Shown: piece by piece, positions 37,701 to 45,642 of the stretch
Numbering within the stretch: the first letter of the stretch is position 1
Layout of the letters: every line of letters begins with the position of its first letter
IMG/VR virus record: IMGVR_UViG_3300025154_000064
Span: 1 to 64,000 of that record
Direction: 5' to 3' (one strand)
DNA from: a virus
DNA length: 64,000 bases
Program-made: the position numbers and the translations under genes
Notes under the pieces: generated by a model
Database searches by the model: none
Told to the model about the DNA's origin: nothing
The model's input: the letters and a program-made list of their open reading frames with translations, nothing else

Positions 37701-39802
37701 CCGTCGGCGAGTGGGCGGCGTCAAGGTTATTATCTCAGGATGGCGCGCCGGGAACTGCAGCAAGGGTGGTGTCCCTTACGATCGGTAATCCTGCTATTGT
37801 CTATGATGTCGAAGGAGATAGAGACACCCCCCTATATACGGATGCTACCGCCACCGCATTAAATACAACTGGAACAGTGTATTATGATTTTTTAAAAAAT
37901 GGTTCTTCCGTCCAAAATACCACAAGCAGTTCTTACAGGTATTATCCACCTGATCTATTTACTTCAATGCCTGAGACTCTTGAAGTAAATATCAGAGAAG
38001 GCGCGAGCACCGGGACAATCCTCGCCAAAGATAAAATAGTAGTTTTTGGTGTAAAGGCAGGGGCAAACGCCATTACCGTCGGGATTTCAAACGCAGCCCA
38101 CGTATTACCGGCGAGTTCAACAGGTGTTGTTTCATCGTATGCCGGATCTGGGACGATACTATCCGTCTGGGAAGGGGCAACGCAGTTATCCTATTCTACC
38201 AGTGGGAATTCGACTTGGAATGTGGTCTCAGCCGTTGGCAGCTCGATTACAGTTGGTACCCCAAGCACCGTCGGTCAATCGAGGGTTTACGGCGACCACA
38301 GTGCAATGACGGCCGATCTTGCAACCGTTACCTATACCATAGCGGTTAGAAATTCAGGTGGAGGAACCCAGACTTTCACGATACTGCAGTCCTTGAGCAA
38401 ATCAAAAGCAGGTGTTGCGGGTGTTGATGGTGACGATGGGGCCACCGGGGCGCCTGGACCTGGCGTCGTGTTTCGTGGCGACTTCACAACGTGGGTGTCA
38501 ACTACGTTTTATTATACCGCACAACGCCGCGATGTCATTCTTAGAAGTGGGACATATTATCTCTATAATATTCCATCGACAAGCTCTGGTAATGTCGAAT
38601 CTTCCTACACTTCTGGTGACTGGACGCCATTTGGCGCGACGTTCTCAAGCGTCGCTACTGGTCTCTTACTTGCCGAAGATGCAACAATTACACGTAATCT
38701 TACCATAGGAACTGACGGTACTAATTATGGCTCATTAAGATCTGTAAGTAAAACTGGCTACGGGGATTCGACTGCTGGCTTCTGGTTTGGGTATTCTTCC
38801 GGCTACAAGATGGATATAGGAAATTCCACTGATTATCTCCGGTGGACCGGATCAGCTGTGAACATAGCGTCGTCTGGTGCCGATGCTATCGTTATTAGCG
38901 GCGGCTCTGGTATCCGTATCGCTTCAGGCGGAGATATAATCTTGACAGGCGCGACGAGCGACCCAGGTGAGGTTATTTTCAGCGGAACGTCTCGGTCAAC
39001 AAGGCTTTTTACCATCTTAGATGGTACCACCATGCAAATGGAGCCTTCCGCTGCTGGTTATGTCAACCTTTATTTTGGTTATTCGCTAAAATTCAATACC
39101 ATTACGTCTTACGCCACAAACTACGGAATATCTGGCAGCACTTTAATTGATTTAATAAACGGTTCAAACCACGTTAAGTTTAATTCAACTGGTTTTTATC
39201 CAGATCCTACCGGAACGATCGATTTGGGCACGACTTCATATAGATGGAATGACATAAACGCAAATAGAATATTCCTCTCAGGGAATACATCAACTACGTC
39301 TGCAACAGCATATATTGATTCTTACGACACGTCGAGTACAAAATTTTCTCTGGTTTGCAGGAACTCTACGCCAGAGAATACGTTCTGGGTGACCGGTGCC
39401 GGCACCGCATGGTTAATGGGTGGTGTCGCTGTAACTTCTGACGAAAAATACAAAACAGGAATAGTTGAGTTCTCGGATAAGGATGGTGTCCAAGAAATAG
39501 TTGGCGGGAAAATGGGCATGATAAAGCCGAGAAGGTATGTGCTCAATGGGACTGAAGATGTCACAGCCGGGTTTTTGGCGCAAGAGATACAGAACATAAT
39601 ACCAGAAGCCACAAAAGTCCTTCAGCACCCACCTTTGATTGATAAAGATGGCAAAGAGCTTCCTGGTGAGGAATTCTTGTCATTGAATATTTATCCGATA
39701 TTACCATACATGGTTCAGTGGATAAAAGAGCAGCAGTCCTACATAGACGCCTTAGTCGCAAGAGTTGAGGCCTTAGAAACCAAACAGTTACAAGCAGCAT
39801 AA
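31763..39802 (+). CDS. Central tail fibre/host-specificity protein (gpI+gpJ-like) with PKD, FN3, CBM-like, collagen-like and S74 chaperone domains
   Basis: STNPAW, CQVGDVV, ITALEY; WGDG..HTY PKD motif; repeated VTGLQV FN3 units; SDEKYKT...GFLAQEIQ..IPE S74 motif. Confidence 0.9.
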   Translation: MNFENEVLVTFVRNPWEPYTSRVVSAVPFVPGKSIMDYSVDAGEVPVGYEIVASLNGKVVDDVEQVVLCPGCGIVFCAIPMGGDSGKQILRIVAAIVVTVIAYVYGGPLGGAVGNAFGATWSAGTAAIVGGSMIAVAGGILINVALPMQSGKVSGLLDGDWAKSNNYGWSNPTNALEEGVVLPSLIGTRRFAPPLLRWYRYMAEDEFSQQRIRLQYALADDLLKPITEEDIFINGDPIISFYSKDYVVDAVEDTEYSIIVTLPENKTVILNWGDGSPEVTLDEPMQSVSVLHTYASTDTFILTISGNYKDMEIDTNTLPVTEEKQSTAAFHQTLGDDSETYSCPWFNDSIVENAFPAVEIKDSTRSFEAKYKFSGGSRVLYNFVVTRTTGQPSTMLFLEFFFGKGLYSIVDDTTHRGYTADWRDMGTRTKKVPCYDYFIKVRYRKVGTEPWTTIDLPKVAPPTTFETPFRVAYSITDLELSNYEIQYMGDYLDIDERAYGSIILEKLCGYTSITGAQTFSTNGSDVTKVGLGLIMPNGIYHLKTDGTKENHSITVNVDARAYGTTPWLYSKTKTFSDATASALRAIVVFENLPPDKYELRAYISGVVEEDIQYVAMLYAEFLQEGTNDIMIHRGVSVLSLEFLATEKLNSMPLVEVKATCDDYVENRLSTNPAWAAYYRLIDKHGVMAEDILFDEFESWAETCDAEGYKIGLYLDTQFNLHDVLGQIGMAGKASVIRRGTKWGVIQDAVATPVQMFSMENITMDSFEETFLSADEKANTILAWYFDEENDYRRTSIEVRDPSVNSLDAIKKVEVSLYGVTNKAQAVKIAVSLLNHTRLVNRTVSWLADVDAIACQVGDVVYFQHEVPMWGHAAGRVVSSTLNSVTIDRPSDYSGEIDGVSISTFTFKIFVRHQEPNTSGEYDSIEIFNIVNPYPNDDVVTYTLQSPAVWSRLPEKDSIVSIGRITGTEQSTGNIRTSVKKFRVLNIERYEDQTFKITALEYYDDAYETDYIVDLPAIESGLTKIDLVSADTGWHISGRVKHNCIHLTWFGNVAKYYILYRYKTSSGWSSWTIAGDTSKNHFDIYGLQTGLTYQFAVTMNVDNPLGGATIIIDYNEADTAIDPSTLPAVTNLRVVGGTDVFSGTSIEITWDEVAYFTFHAYKVEVRKTSDPTVLLRTELVTQNKFAYKLWMNILDNNWIPSVDIRFVVYMVDEYGNAGPGVFIDVSKSDTDEITGLQVKGGGVTFETRDLSVEWTPPATMPSFNRYVIEVRHGVTLKRTYYSISPTFDYTFEMNKTDGDGTPSPVIVIAVKVEDSFGAVTTGVSQAFTNYAPAAVTGLQVKGGGLVFNASDLEVEWTGPSPIPDDFERYRIDFDHGASTLRTIYTTELSTAYTYWMNTMDGGEAGPAGEVGVTVYTVDCFNQSSVAAEGTFTNPAPAPVSGLSGRAYMAGAEFTWYASTAKDFAYYEYKCTLDDSAWPTDWTRTNNQLFIRMLSADEAAAHDTIYFKIRVLDSMGNFSTEEATFVEVDQLYVEPTAIDDFADISAGFPRIPVVVGDTFTNNSPTTGKVSWNAHHLFYNGTDYSILAGETGVSANGDAIYIWWDNGANTYNSSTAGDHPSDLMGVGDFIIAVNTNGSVTMAWNSIANQVIGSAYIQKAAINDLHVNELSASKLTAGSVMTPGVKIGGVDTLSTPVAASLYITADSIGYWDGSAWQSLIKNDGTWKFGGDANAYIEWTGTQLNIKGSIVQSPAGTTFPVPCWRGAYDAGTTYYRGDVVYSSGTSWIYINTTSGAGHTPADDAYWDIYAQQGATGETGEAGAVGYNAATLTAYLRSATTPATTPGALTYTFSTASWTPGNSWSKTVPSGTDPVWAVAVTAYSNTDTDSILSTDWSAPVQVFANGETGASGLNVATAYLYQRTASSTAPTAMPTAALTFTFATGAITGTPGNSWTAAIPALDAAKPYLWVTTATASNTAATDSVAVGEWAASRLLSQDGAPGTAARVVSLTIGNPAIVYDVEGDRDTPLYTDATATALNTTGTVYYDFLKNGSSVQNTTSSSYRYYPPDLFTSMPETLEVNIREGASTGTILAKDKIVVFGVKAGANAITVGISNAAHVLPASSTGVVSSYAGSGTILSVWEGATQLSYSTSGNSTWNVVSAVGSSITVGTPSTVGQSRVYGDHSAMTADLATVTYTIAVRNSGGGTQTFTILQSLSKSKAGVAGVDGDDGATGAPGPGVVFRGDFTTWVSTTFYYTAQRRDVILRSGTYYLYNIPSTSSGNVESSYTSGDWTPFGATFSSVATGLLLAEDATITRNLTIGTDGTNYGSLRSVSKTGYGDSTAGFWFGYSSGYKMDIGNSTDYLRWTGSAVNIASSGADAIVISGGSGIRIASGGDIILTGATSDPGEVIFSGTSRSTRLFTILDGTTMQMEPSAAGYVNLYFGYSLKFNTITSYATNYGISGSTLIDLINGSNHVKFNSTGFYPDPTGTIDLGTTSYRWNDINANRIFLSGNTSTTSATAYIDSYDTSSTKFSLVCRNSTPENTFWVTGAGTAWLMGGVAVTSDEKYKTGIVEFSDKDGVQEIVGGKMGMIKPRRYVLNGTEDVTAGFLAQEIQNIIPEATKVLQHPPLIDKDGKELPGEEFLSLNIYPILPYMVQWIKEQQSYIDALVARVEALETKQLQAA

Positions 39803-39816
39803 AGGAGAAAAAACAC

Positions 39817-39960
39817 ATGGAAGAGCAACAAATCCCCATTCAGGCAATCAAAGAAACAATAGCCGATCTTTGTTTGGAAAAAAAGATGCTTCAAATGACG
39901 ATATGGGCGCAGTCTGAAGAGATCAAACAGCTAAAAGCGCGACTGCAAAAAGGTGAATAA
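39817..39960 (+). CDS. 47-aa coiled-coil protein not in the ORF track
   Basis: AAGGAG RBS; MEEQQIPIQ...LQKGE*. Confidence 0.55.
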   Translation: MEEQQIPIQAIKETIADLCLEKKMLQMTIWAQSEEIKQLKARLQKGE

Positions 39961-40482
39961 ATGAAACTCGACATTCGACCCGGGGATATATTTTGCACAA
40001 CCGATCCAAGATGGATCGGTCCGATAACCAATGCCGTACAGGCCTTCTGGGATCCTGACGGCAAATCAAAATATTCGCATTCTGGGATCATCTATGATGA
40101 GAACGGCGTAACTTCCGAAGCTCTCTGGACGATCCGGAAGAACCACCTACGGAAATATATTGGCAAGCCAGTGATCATTGGCCGGCACAAAGACATGACT
40201 GGCAATCTGTTCTGGCAGGCTTACCGGCAGATTCAGAGCCAAGAAGGCACCTGGTACCCGTTTCATAGGCTCTTTCTTCACATGCTCCCACCTCTTGCCA
40301 AATACATTCACTTCACTGGCATCCCGGTTTGCTCTGAGTGGGCATCTAAGCTTTTGGTGAAGTCGAATCTAATGGAGCACTGGGCCGGAATAACACCCAA
40401 CTATCTGGCCGACATGATGATCATGTGGGATGACTGGACGGTTCTCTACGAAGATACACTGACGCTGGATATGTTCAACTAA
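39961..40482 (+). CDS. Permuted papain-like amidase (YiiX/YebB-like)
   Basis: RPGDI, YSHSGI, VCSE, ITP motifs. Confidence 0.75.
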   Translation: MKLDIRPGDIFCTTDPRWIGPITNAVQAFWDPDGKSKYSHSGIIYDENGVTSEALWTIRKNHLRKYIGKPVIIGRHKDMTGNLFWQAYRQIQSQEGTWYPFHRLFLHMLPPLAKYIHFTGIPVCSEWASKLLVKSNLMEHWAGITPNYLADMMIMWDDWTVLYEDTLTLDMFN

Positions 40483-40490
40483 GGAACCAA

Positions 40491-41819
40491 ATGGCTAAAA
40501 AAAAGAATAAAATCTTTGTATTAGATACTAATGTGATTCTTCATGACAGTGAGTGCCTGTACCAGTTCGATGAGCACGACATCGTCATTCCAATAATGGT
40601 AATCGAAGAACTTGACAATTTTAAACGTGGCCGGGAAACGGTCAACCGGCACGCGAGAGAGTTCCTTCGTGGTATCGATAAGCTGTTCGGCGACAAGCCG
40701 GTTTGCAACGGCGTCAAGATAAGGGAAGGCTCAGGTAAAATCACCATAGCTGTCCATGGTTTTATCCATGATTATATTCAAAAATCTTTCCACCAGGGTA
40801 AGGTCGACCACCAGATTCTAAACATGGCTTATTGCATCGCTGAGCTGGAATCCTTCGACCGGACCATATTGGTAACCAAAGACATTAACCTTCGAATGAA
40901 GGCCAAGGCTGTCGGCCTGAAGGCGGAAGATTACACATCGGACCGTGTCGACAACCTGGACCAATTTTACAAGGGGTACCGGGTCATCGACAACGTTCCG
41001 CCGGCGATGGTTAATCAGCTTCACCAGCCGCCATTTGAAATGGAAATGGGGATGGATCTGACCGACACGCCGCCGTTGGACAATGAGTTCTTCGTCCTTA
41101 AAAATGGTAGCCTGTCGGTACTCGGATCCTACGAGGTCAAGTCAAACCTGGTCCGCAAGATCGAGAACCGGACGTGCGCCGGCGTTAAGGCCAAAAATGC
41201 AGAGCAGGCCTTTGCGATTGACGCCTTACTCGATAAGGATATCCCCCTGGTAACCATTACCGGCAAGGCCGGGACCGGCAAAACGCTTTTAGCCTTGGCA
41301 GCGGCGCTCGAGCAAAAAAAACATTTCCGGCAGATATTTTTGGCCCGGCCGGTCGTGCCTCTGAGCAACAAAGACATTGGGTTTCTTCCCGGGGACATCA
41401 AGAGCAAGCTCGACCCCTACATGCAGCCGCTGTTTGACAACCTGTCAGTGATTGCCGGACTTCCGGCGGAGGCCCACAAGAAGATCGACACCAAAGAGCT
41501 TCTTGAATCCGAAAAGATTGTCATTGCCCCTCTGTCGTATATCCGCGGTAGAAGCCTGGTCAAAATATTTTTCATAGTTGATGAAGCGCAGAACCTTACG
41601 CCGCATGAGGTCAAAACAATTGTCACCCGGGCGGGGGAGGGGACCAAGATTATTTTTACTGGCGACATCTTCCAAATCGATCACCCCTACCTGGATAGCC
41701 GTACCAACGGCCTTAGCTACCTCATAGACCGCATGAAGGACCACAAGCTTTATGCGCACATCAACCTTGAGAAAGGCGAGCGGTCGAAACTTTCTGATCT
41801 TGCGGCGGAGGTTTTATAA
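40491..41819 (+). CDS. phoH: PIN-PhoH family protein
   Basis: PIN domain VLDTNV/EELD/TKDINLR; GKAGTGKT, GFLPG, RGRS, DEAQN, GDxxQ. Confidence 0.95.
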   Translation: MAKKKNKIFVLDTNVILHDSECLYQFDEHDIVIPIMVIEELDNFKRGRETVNRHAREFLRGIDKLFGDKPVCNGVKIREGSGKITIAVHGFIHDYIQKSFHQGKVDHQILNMAYCIAELESFDRTILVTKDINLRMKAKAVGLKAEDYTSDRVDNLDQFYKGYRVIDNVPPAMVNQLHQPPFEMEMGMDLTDTPPLDNEFFVLKNGSLSVLGSYEVKSNLVRKIENRTCAGVKAKNAEQAFAIDALLDKDIPLVTITGKAGTGKTLLALAAALEQKKHFRQIFLARPVVPLSNKDIGFLPGDIKSKLDPYMQPLFDNLSVIAGLPAEAHKKIDTKELLESEKIVIAPLSYIRGRSLVKIFFIVDEAQNLTPHEVKTIVTRAGEGTKIIFTGDIFQIDHPYLDSRTNGLSYLIDRMKDHKLYAHINLEKGERSKLSDLAAEVL

Positions 41820-42319
41820 TGGGAAAAATAATCGCGCTTAGTGGCTCGCATGGGACAGGGAAATCGACTGCCGTATTCGAATGCGCGGCTGCGCTCAAAA
41901 AGACAACACGGTCTGAAATCGGTATCATAACCGAAGTTGCCCGCCGGTGTCCGCTTCCTGTGCTCGGACTTGATTGCATGCCGTCAGTCCAGGCTCAACT
42001 ATGGATCTTTGCCGAGCAGATACGGTGCGAGATCGATGCAAGCCTGCAATATGATATCACAGTGTCAGACCGAACGGTTGTGGATGACATCGCATACACA
42101 CTTATGGCTGGGTTTACCGACTTAGCGACTGCTCAACTTGAGGTCGCAAGGCATCACATGGGGATATACCATGAGATCCGGTTTCAGCGGATTGATCCGG
42201 ATAGGGTGTGCCTGGTGGATGACGGATTCAGGTCTGTTGATCCTTGCAAGCAGGCAGAGCTGGAACAATTGTTGATTGAGTTGTATCGGCAGCTTGGGGT
42301 TGATCTATCTCTCGCTTGA
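41819..42319 (+). CDS. AAA_28 (NadR/Ttd14-like) P-loop kinase
   Basis: GSHGTGKS, EVAR, SDRTVVD..AY, DDGFR. Confidence 0.8.
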   Translation: MGKIIALSGSHGTGKSTAVFECAAALKKTTRSEIGIITEVARRCPLPVLGLDCMPSVQAQLWIFAEQIRCEIDASLQYDITVSDRTVVDDIAYTLMAGFTDLATAQLEVARHHMGIYHEIRFQRIDPDRVCLVDDGFRSVDPCKQAELEQLLIELYRQLGVDLSLA

Positions 42320-42685
42320 GCTCATTGCTGTTAATTCACCATCTTCGAAATAAAGGAATTTTGTTGGTGTGAATAATAGTTGTGGGCGGCCGATATATTC
42401 GCTTGTCCCATATACCCACTGTTCGAGCGCACCATTTATTCCTACGGTTTTGTTAACATACTTGGGTCCCCCCCAGCTTGCGATGACCTCTTCCTTTGTC
42501 ATTGTTGGAAAAACGACTCCTTTCCAAATAGCATCTCTTGTTATCGCATTGAGCTGGGGATGCGCATCCAGATATTGTGAGCGCCGCACCATGCACTCCA
42601 TGCGATAGTCCTGGAGTGCGTTATGGCGTCCAGCACAACCATAGCTAAGCAATACGACAATAAGGATTAATATTTTTTTTAACAT
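42305..42685 (-). CDS. Lipoprotein with a SmpA/BamE-like motif
   Basis: GGAGG RBS; lipobox SYGC; MTKEEVIASWGGP...EQWVY...LYFEDG. Confidence 0.7.
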   Translation of the reverse strand: MLKKILILIVVLLSYGCAGRHNALQDYRMECMVRRSQYLDAHPQLNAITRDAIWKGVVFPTMTKEEVIASWGGPKYVNKTVGINGALEQWVYGTSEYIGRPQLLFTPTKFLYFEDGELTAMSSSER

Positions 42686-42707
42686 AATTGTTCCTCCCAA
42701 CATCTAC

Positions 42708-42741
42708 AGGATGGTGACGGACTAAAATCCGTCACCATCCT
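42708..42741. repeat. 14-bp perfect inverted repeat
   Basis: AGGATGGTGACGGA ctaaaa TCCGTCACCATCCT. Confidence 0.9.
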
Positions 42742-42751
42742 AACATAATCT

Positions 42752-43111
42752 TCAGTTATCTGTTTTTTTTCTGTAATCCGCTCTCGCCTTTTTGCACGCT
42801 TCGCACCGGCACCGATGATTTACGTATCCAGATATTGTTCCATGCTTTATTGGCCTTCTTCTGAGAAGTCCATGCAATTTGTCGTGGCACGACTTGCAAA
42901 GGGGAACACATTTCGAAAGTTCCATATCCAGCCTTGATTCTTCCCATGACCAAATCTTATGAGACTCTTTTGACTCTTGGTCAATATGATGAATTTCAAT
43001 ATTTTGGTCTGACCAACAAAAAACGCATGGTCCAAAATTTTTTAACTTGGCCGCTTTTCGAGCCTTAATCCAATCTCTTTGGTACTGTCTTTTTTGTTCT
43101 ATGTTTATCAT
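42752..43111 (-). CDS. HNH endonuclease
   Basis: CVFC, EIHHID, KCVPLCKSCH; C-terminal HGT..Y..H.CRC..C. Confidence 0.85.
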   Translation of the reverse strand: MINIEQKRQYQRDWIKARKAAKLKNFGPCVFCWSDQNIEIHHIDQESKESHKIWSWEESRLDMELSKCVPLCKSCHDKLHGLLRRRPIKHGTISGYVNHRCRCEACKKARADYRKKTDN

Positions 43112-43139
43112 TTTTTTTGTGTGTCTCCTATAAAAAAAA

Positions 43140-43185
43140 TGGTCAAGGTTCCGCAGAGTCCATTATGGCTTCCGAACCTTGACCA
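43140..43185. terminator. Bidirectional terminator-like hairpin between attP and the HNH gene
   Basis: TGGTCAAGGTTC...GAACCTTGACCA flanked by A tracts. Confidence 0.6.
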
Positions 43186-43288
43186 AAAAATAAAATAATC
43201 AGGCGCGCCAGGATGGTTACAGGATAGAATCCGTCACCATCCTGTAACCATATTAAATGTTGACAACGCCTGATTTTATTTGTAAAAA

Positions 43289-43312
43289 TGGCGGAGGCGC
43301 ATGGGAATCGAA
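43289..43312 (-). other. attP core = 3' 24 nt of tRNA-Sec (selC)
   Basis: Minus strand TTCGATT CCCAT GCGCCTCC G CCA = T-loop, 5-nt T-stem, 8-nt acceptor strand, G73, CCA; the 5' part of the tRNA is absent; lies downstream of the integrase. Confidence 0.85.
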
Positions 43313-43433
43313 ATCAACCGCTAAGTCAATTTTTCTTAATAATTTCAAGCATGTTTTTTTAGAGCTTGTCACTGTATTTTGCGATCTGTTTGTTTTTATT
43401 ATATTTATTTTGGGTTACCATATGGTTGCGGTC

Positions 43434-43847
43434 CTATTCACGCGGGTTTGCGCCGTCACCATCTGCCACCACCTCATAGTTGTAATCTTTGCAGGCATAT
43501 CGGTTCGCCACAACCTCCTCACGGGTAAAGAGATCTCTCACCCATTCACTATCAAACCGAAACCCGCTAACCGGATTCACATCACCGACCTGCGCTTCCT
43601 CCCATTCTTTCGTTAATGGATGCTCAGGGGTGTTGTGTTGTGCCGGGTACCAATCATTCCGTTTGCATATGCGCTTGACTTTATCTCCAAAATAGATTTC
43701 ATTCCCGAACATATCGACTTCGCCAGTCCACATTTTCGGTTCTGAGCAGAACTCTTCGGAGAATTTATAAAACATGTCTGAGATATCGCGGGGTGTTTGA
43801 GCGTAAAAATCTTTCCAGTCCTTCTTCATTTGCGCTTTAAATTTCAT
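43434..43847 (-). CDS. YopX-like hypothetical protein
   Basis: WTGEVDMFGNEIYFGDKV resembles the YopX TG..D..G.EIYEGD motif. Confidence 0.6.
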   Translation of the reverse strand: MKFKAQMKKDWKDFYAQTPRDISDMFYKFSEEFCSEPKMWTGEVDMFGNEIYFGDKVKRICKRNDWYPAQHNTPEHPLTKEWEEAQVGDVNPVSGFRFDSEWVRDLFTREEVVANRYACKDYNYEVVADGDGANPRE

Positions 43848-44953
43848 ATCGCATCCCTTTCCAATTTAACCACCTTCCCCCGTTCCATAAGTTCGCGCTT
43901 CCGAGCCACTTCCATTTTGGCATATTTACGGACGGATTCGAGCCGGGCATGGTCGGTGATTTGTTGAAGGTCCGAAATTGACAGACCTTTTTCGTTTATG
44001 TATTGTGAACACGATGAATGTTTCAAGCCGGAATAGAGGTCGATGCTTTCCCCAGCATCCCGGCAGGCCTTGTGCCAAATCAGATTTAGGGAATCGTTTG
44101 TGTATCGTTTCCCTGGTGATCTGGACCTCCAATTGACGAACAAGAATGGGCTACCCAACGTTCGCGCAATTGGCGCGAAATATCGAACAAACTCAGAATG
44201 GGCCGGGATGATATGTTCGACGCCGGTTTTAGTCCGTTCAACAATCCGTCGAGCGCTTTCCGATCGACGGATAATAAAGATTCCATTCTCACGGTCCCAA
44301 TCCTCCCATTTTAAAACGCATGCCTCTGCCGGCCGGCGCAGGTGATATTTCAGCCACAAAAAGATGGCCCGGTGCTCCGCCGGGATCGCGTCAATTATTG
44401 CCATCTGGCGGTCCTCAGGCAACCAGACGATGCTTGGTTCCTGAATCTGGTAAAGCCGTTTTTCCGGGAAGGCCGGGACCTCCGGGATGCGGCGCGATTT
44501 CCATGCGTATTTCAAGCACGCATGGAGGCAATACATCGTGTTTAGTTTGCCCTTACCGGTGCGCTTTATTGAGTTGAGGAGCATCACCAAAACGTCGAAC
44601 TGGATCTCGTGCAACTGGAACGGATGCGCCTTGAAAAACGGCCCCAGGTGATTCCTTATTGAATTTTCGTAATCTTTGACGGTCGCCGGCGTCAATGTGG
44701 GGCGAACAGCGTTAAGCCATTCTGTGAGGTATGGGATGACATCGGTGAACTGTTCGCCGGTGAACTTTTCAATCCGAAAAATCCCGGCCTCTTGATCGGC
44801 CTGCATGGTAGCCAGTAGTTTGCCGGCGACCTTTTTATGGTACATCCTTTCCCCGCGATAGCGAGAAATAAAAAATGATTTCTTGCGCTTGGCATCATAC
44901 CATTTTACAAACCACCACCCTGAGTCTTTACGGAAATGGATTGATCCTTTCAT
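43844..44953 (-). CDS. int: Tyrosine integrase
   Basis: N-terminal arm-binding GSI...W.V.W; RPAEA..L.W, TKT, YSGLKH, DH...SVRKY. Confidence 0.9.
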   Translation of the reverse strand: MKGSIHFRKDSGWWFVKWYDAKRKKSFFISRYRGERMYHKKVAGKLLATMQADQEAGIFRIEKFTGEQFTDVIPYLTEWLNAVRPTLTPATVKDYENSIRNHLGPFFKAHPFQLHEIQFDVLVMLLNSIKRTGKGKLNTMYCLHACLKYAWKSRRIPEVPAFPEKRLYQIQEPSIVWLPEDRQMAIIDAIPAEHRAIFLWLKYHLRRPAEACVLKWEDWDRENGIFIIRRSESARRIVERTKTGVEHIIPAHSEFVRYFAPIARTLGSPFLFVNWRSRSPGKRYTNDSLNLIWHKACRDAGESIDLYSGLKHSSCSQYINEKGLSISDLQQITDHARLESVRKYAKMEVARKRELMERGKVVKLERDAI

Positions 44954-45203
44954 GCAGACACCCCCAGTTGTTGTTAAACCACTGGGAAGGTTACTGTATA
45001 TGGTGGACTTGGTCAACATTTATTGAATTTCAATCAATCGTCAATGGTATAGTCTATAATCGCTGCGACGATAAGGCTTAAGCCAATCACAATTGTGATA
45101 AAAAAGGTCCCAGCCACAATAAAGGTGCTTGTCGCGCCAGCCTTTATCATCCACCAGCCTGAGGCACAGGCGCCGCCGGCCAGCATCGGAACAAAAAGTC
45201 TTG

Positions 45204-45509
45204 TCAGCATGCTTCCCCCTTTATAATAATGTTATGTTGGTACCAATCTTTCGCAGCATCGTAAGCCGCGTCTCTTACGATACGCTGCATGTAATCTTTA
45301 TATGACCCGTGATCCTTTCTTGTTTGAGCATCCACAGCTGCCACCATGATCTCACCAAGCTTCCCCGTCTGCAATAAACGACAGAGATGCTTTTCAGCTG
45401 TCACAGCAATGACTCTTTCGGTCTCGCCACGAATGAACTCCCGTGAAAGACCCATTTCGTTCATCAAAACATTGCGAATATCGTTTATTTGGTCCTTGTT
45501 ATCTTTCAC
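45204..45509 (-). CDS. Hypothetical protein
   Basis: AAGGA RBS before GTG; in the leftward operon. Confidence 0.55.
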   Translation of the reverse strand: MKDNKDQINDIRNVLMNEMGLSREFIRGETERVIAVTAEKHLCRLLQTGKLGEIMVAAVDAQTRKDHGSYKDYMQRIVRDAAYDAAKDWYQHNIIIKGEAC

Positions 45510-45642
45510 ATGTCATCCTTTCGATTGATACTTTGGACTCGCCAACAGCATAATAAGTAGCGGCCATCCGCTATCTGATGCGTAGCAAGCCACGCCTATT
45601 GTCAAAAAATATGCCAAGAAAACTATCGTCGCCAAAACCTTG

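Noticed and set aside
43289-43380. Full tRNA gene
   Set aside because: Similarity stops at the T-loop; there is no 5' T-stem strand, anticodon arm or D arm
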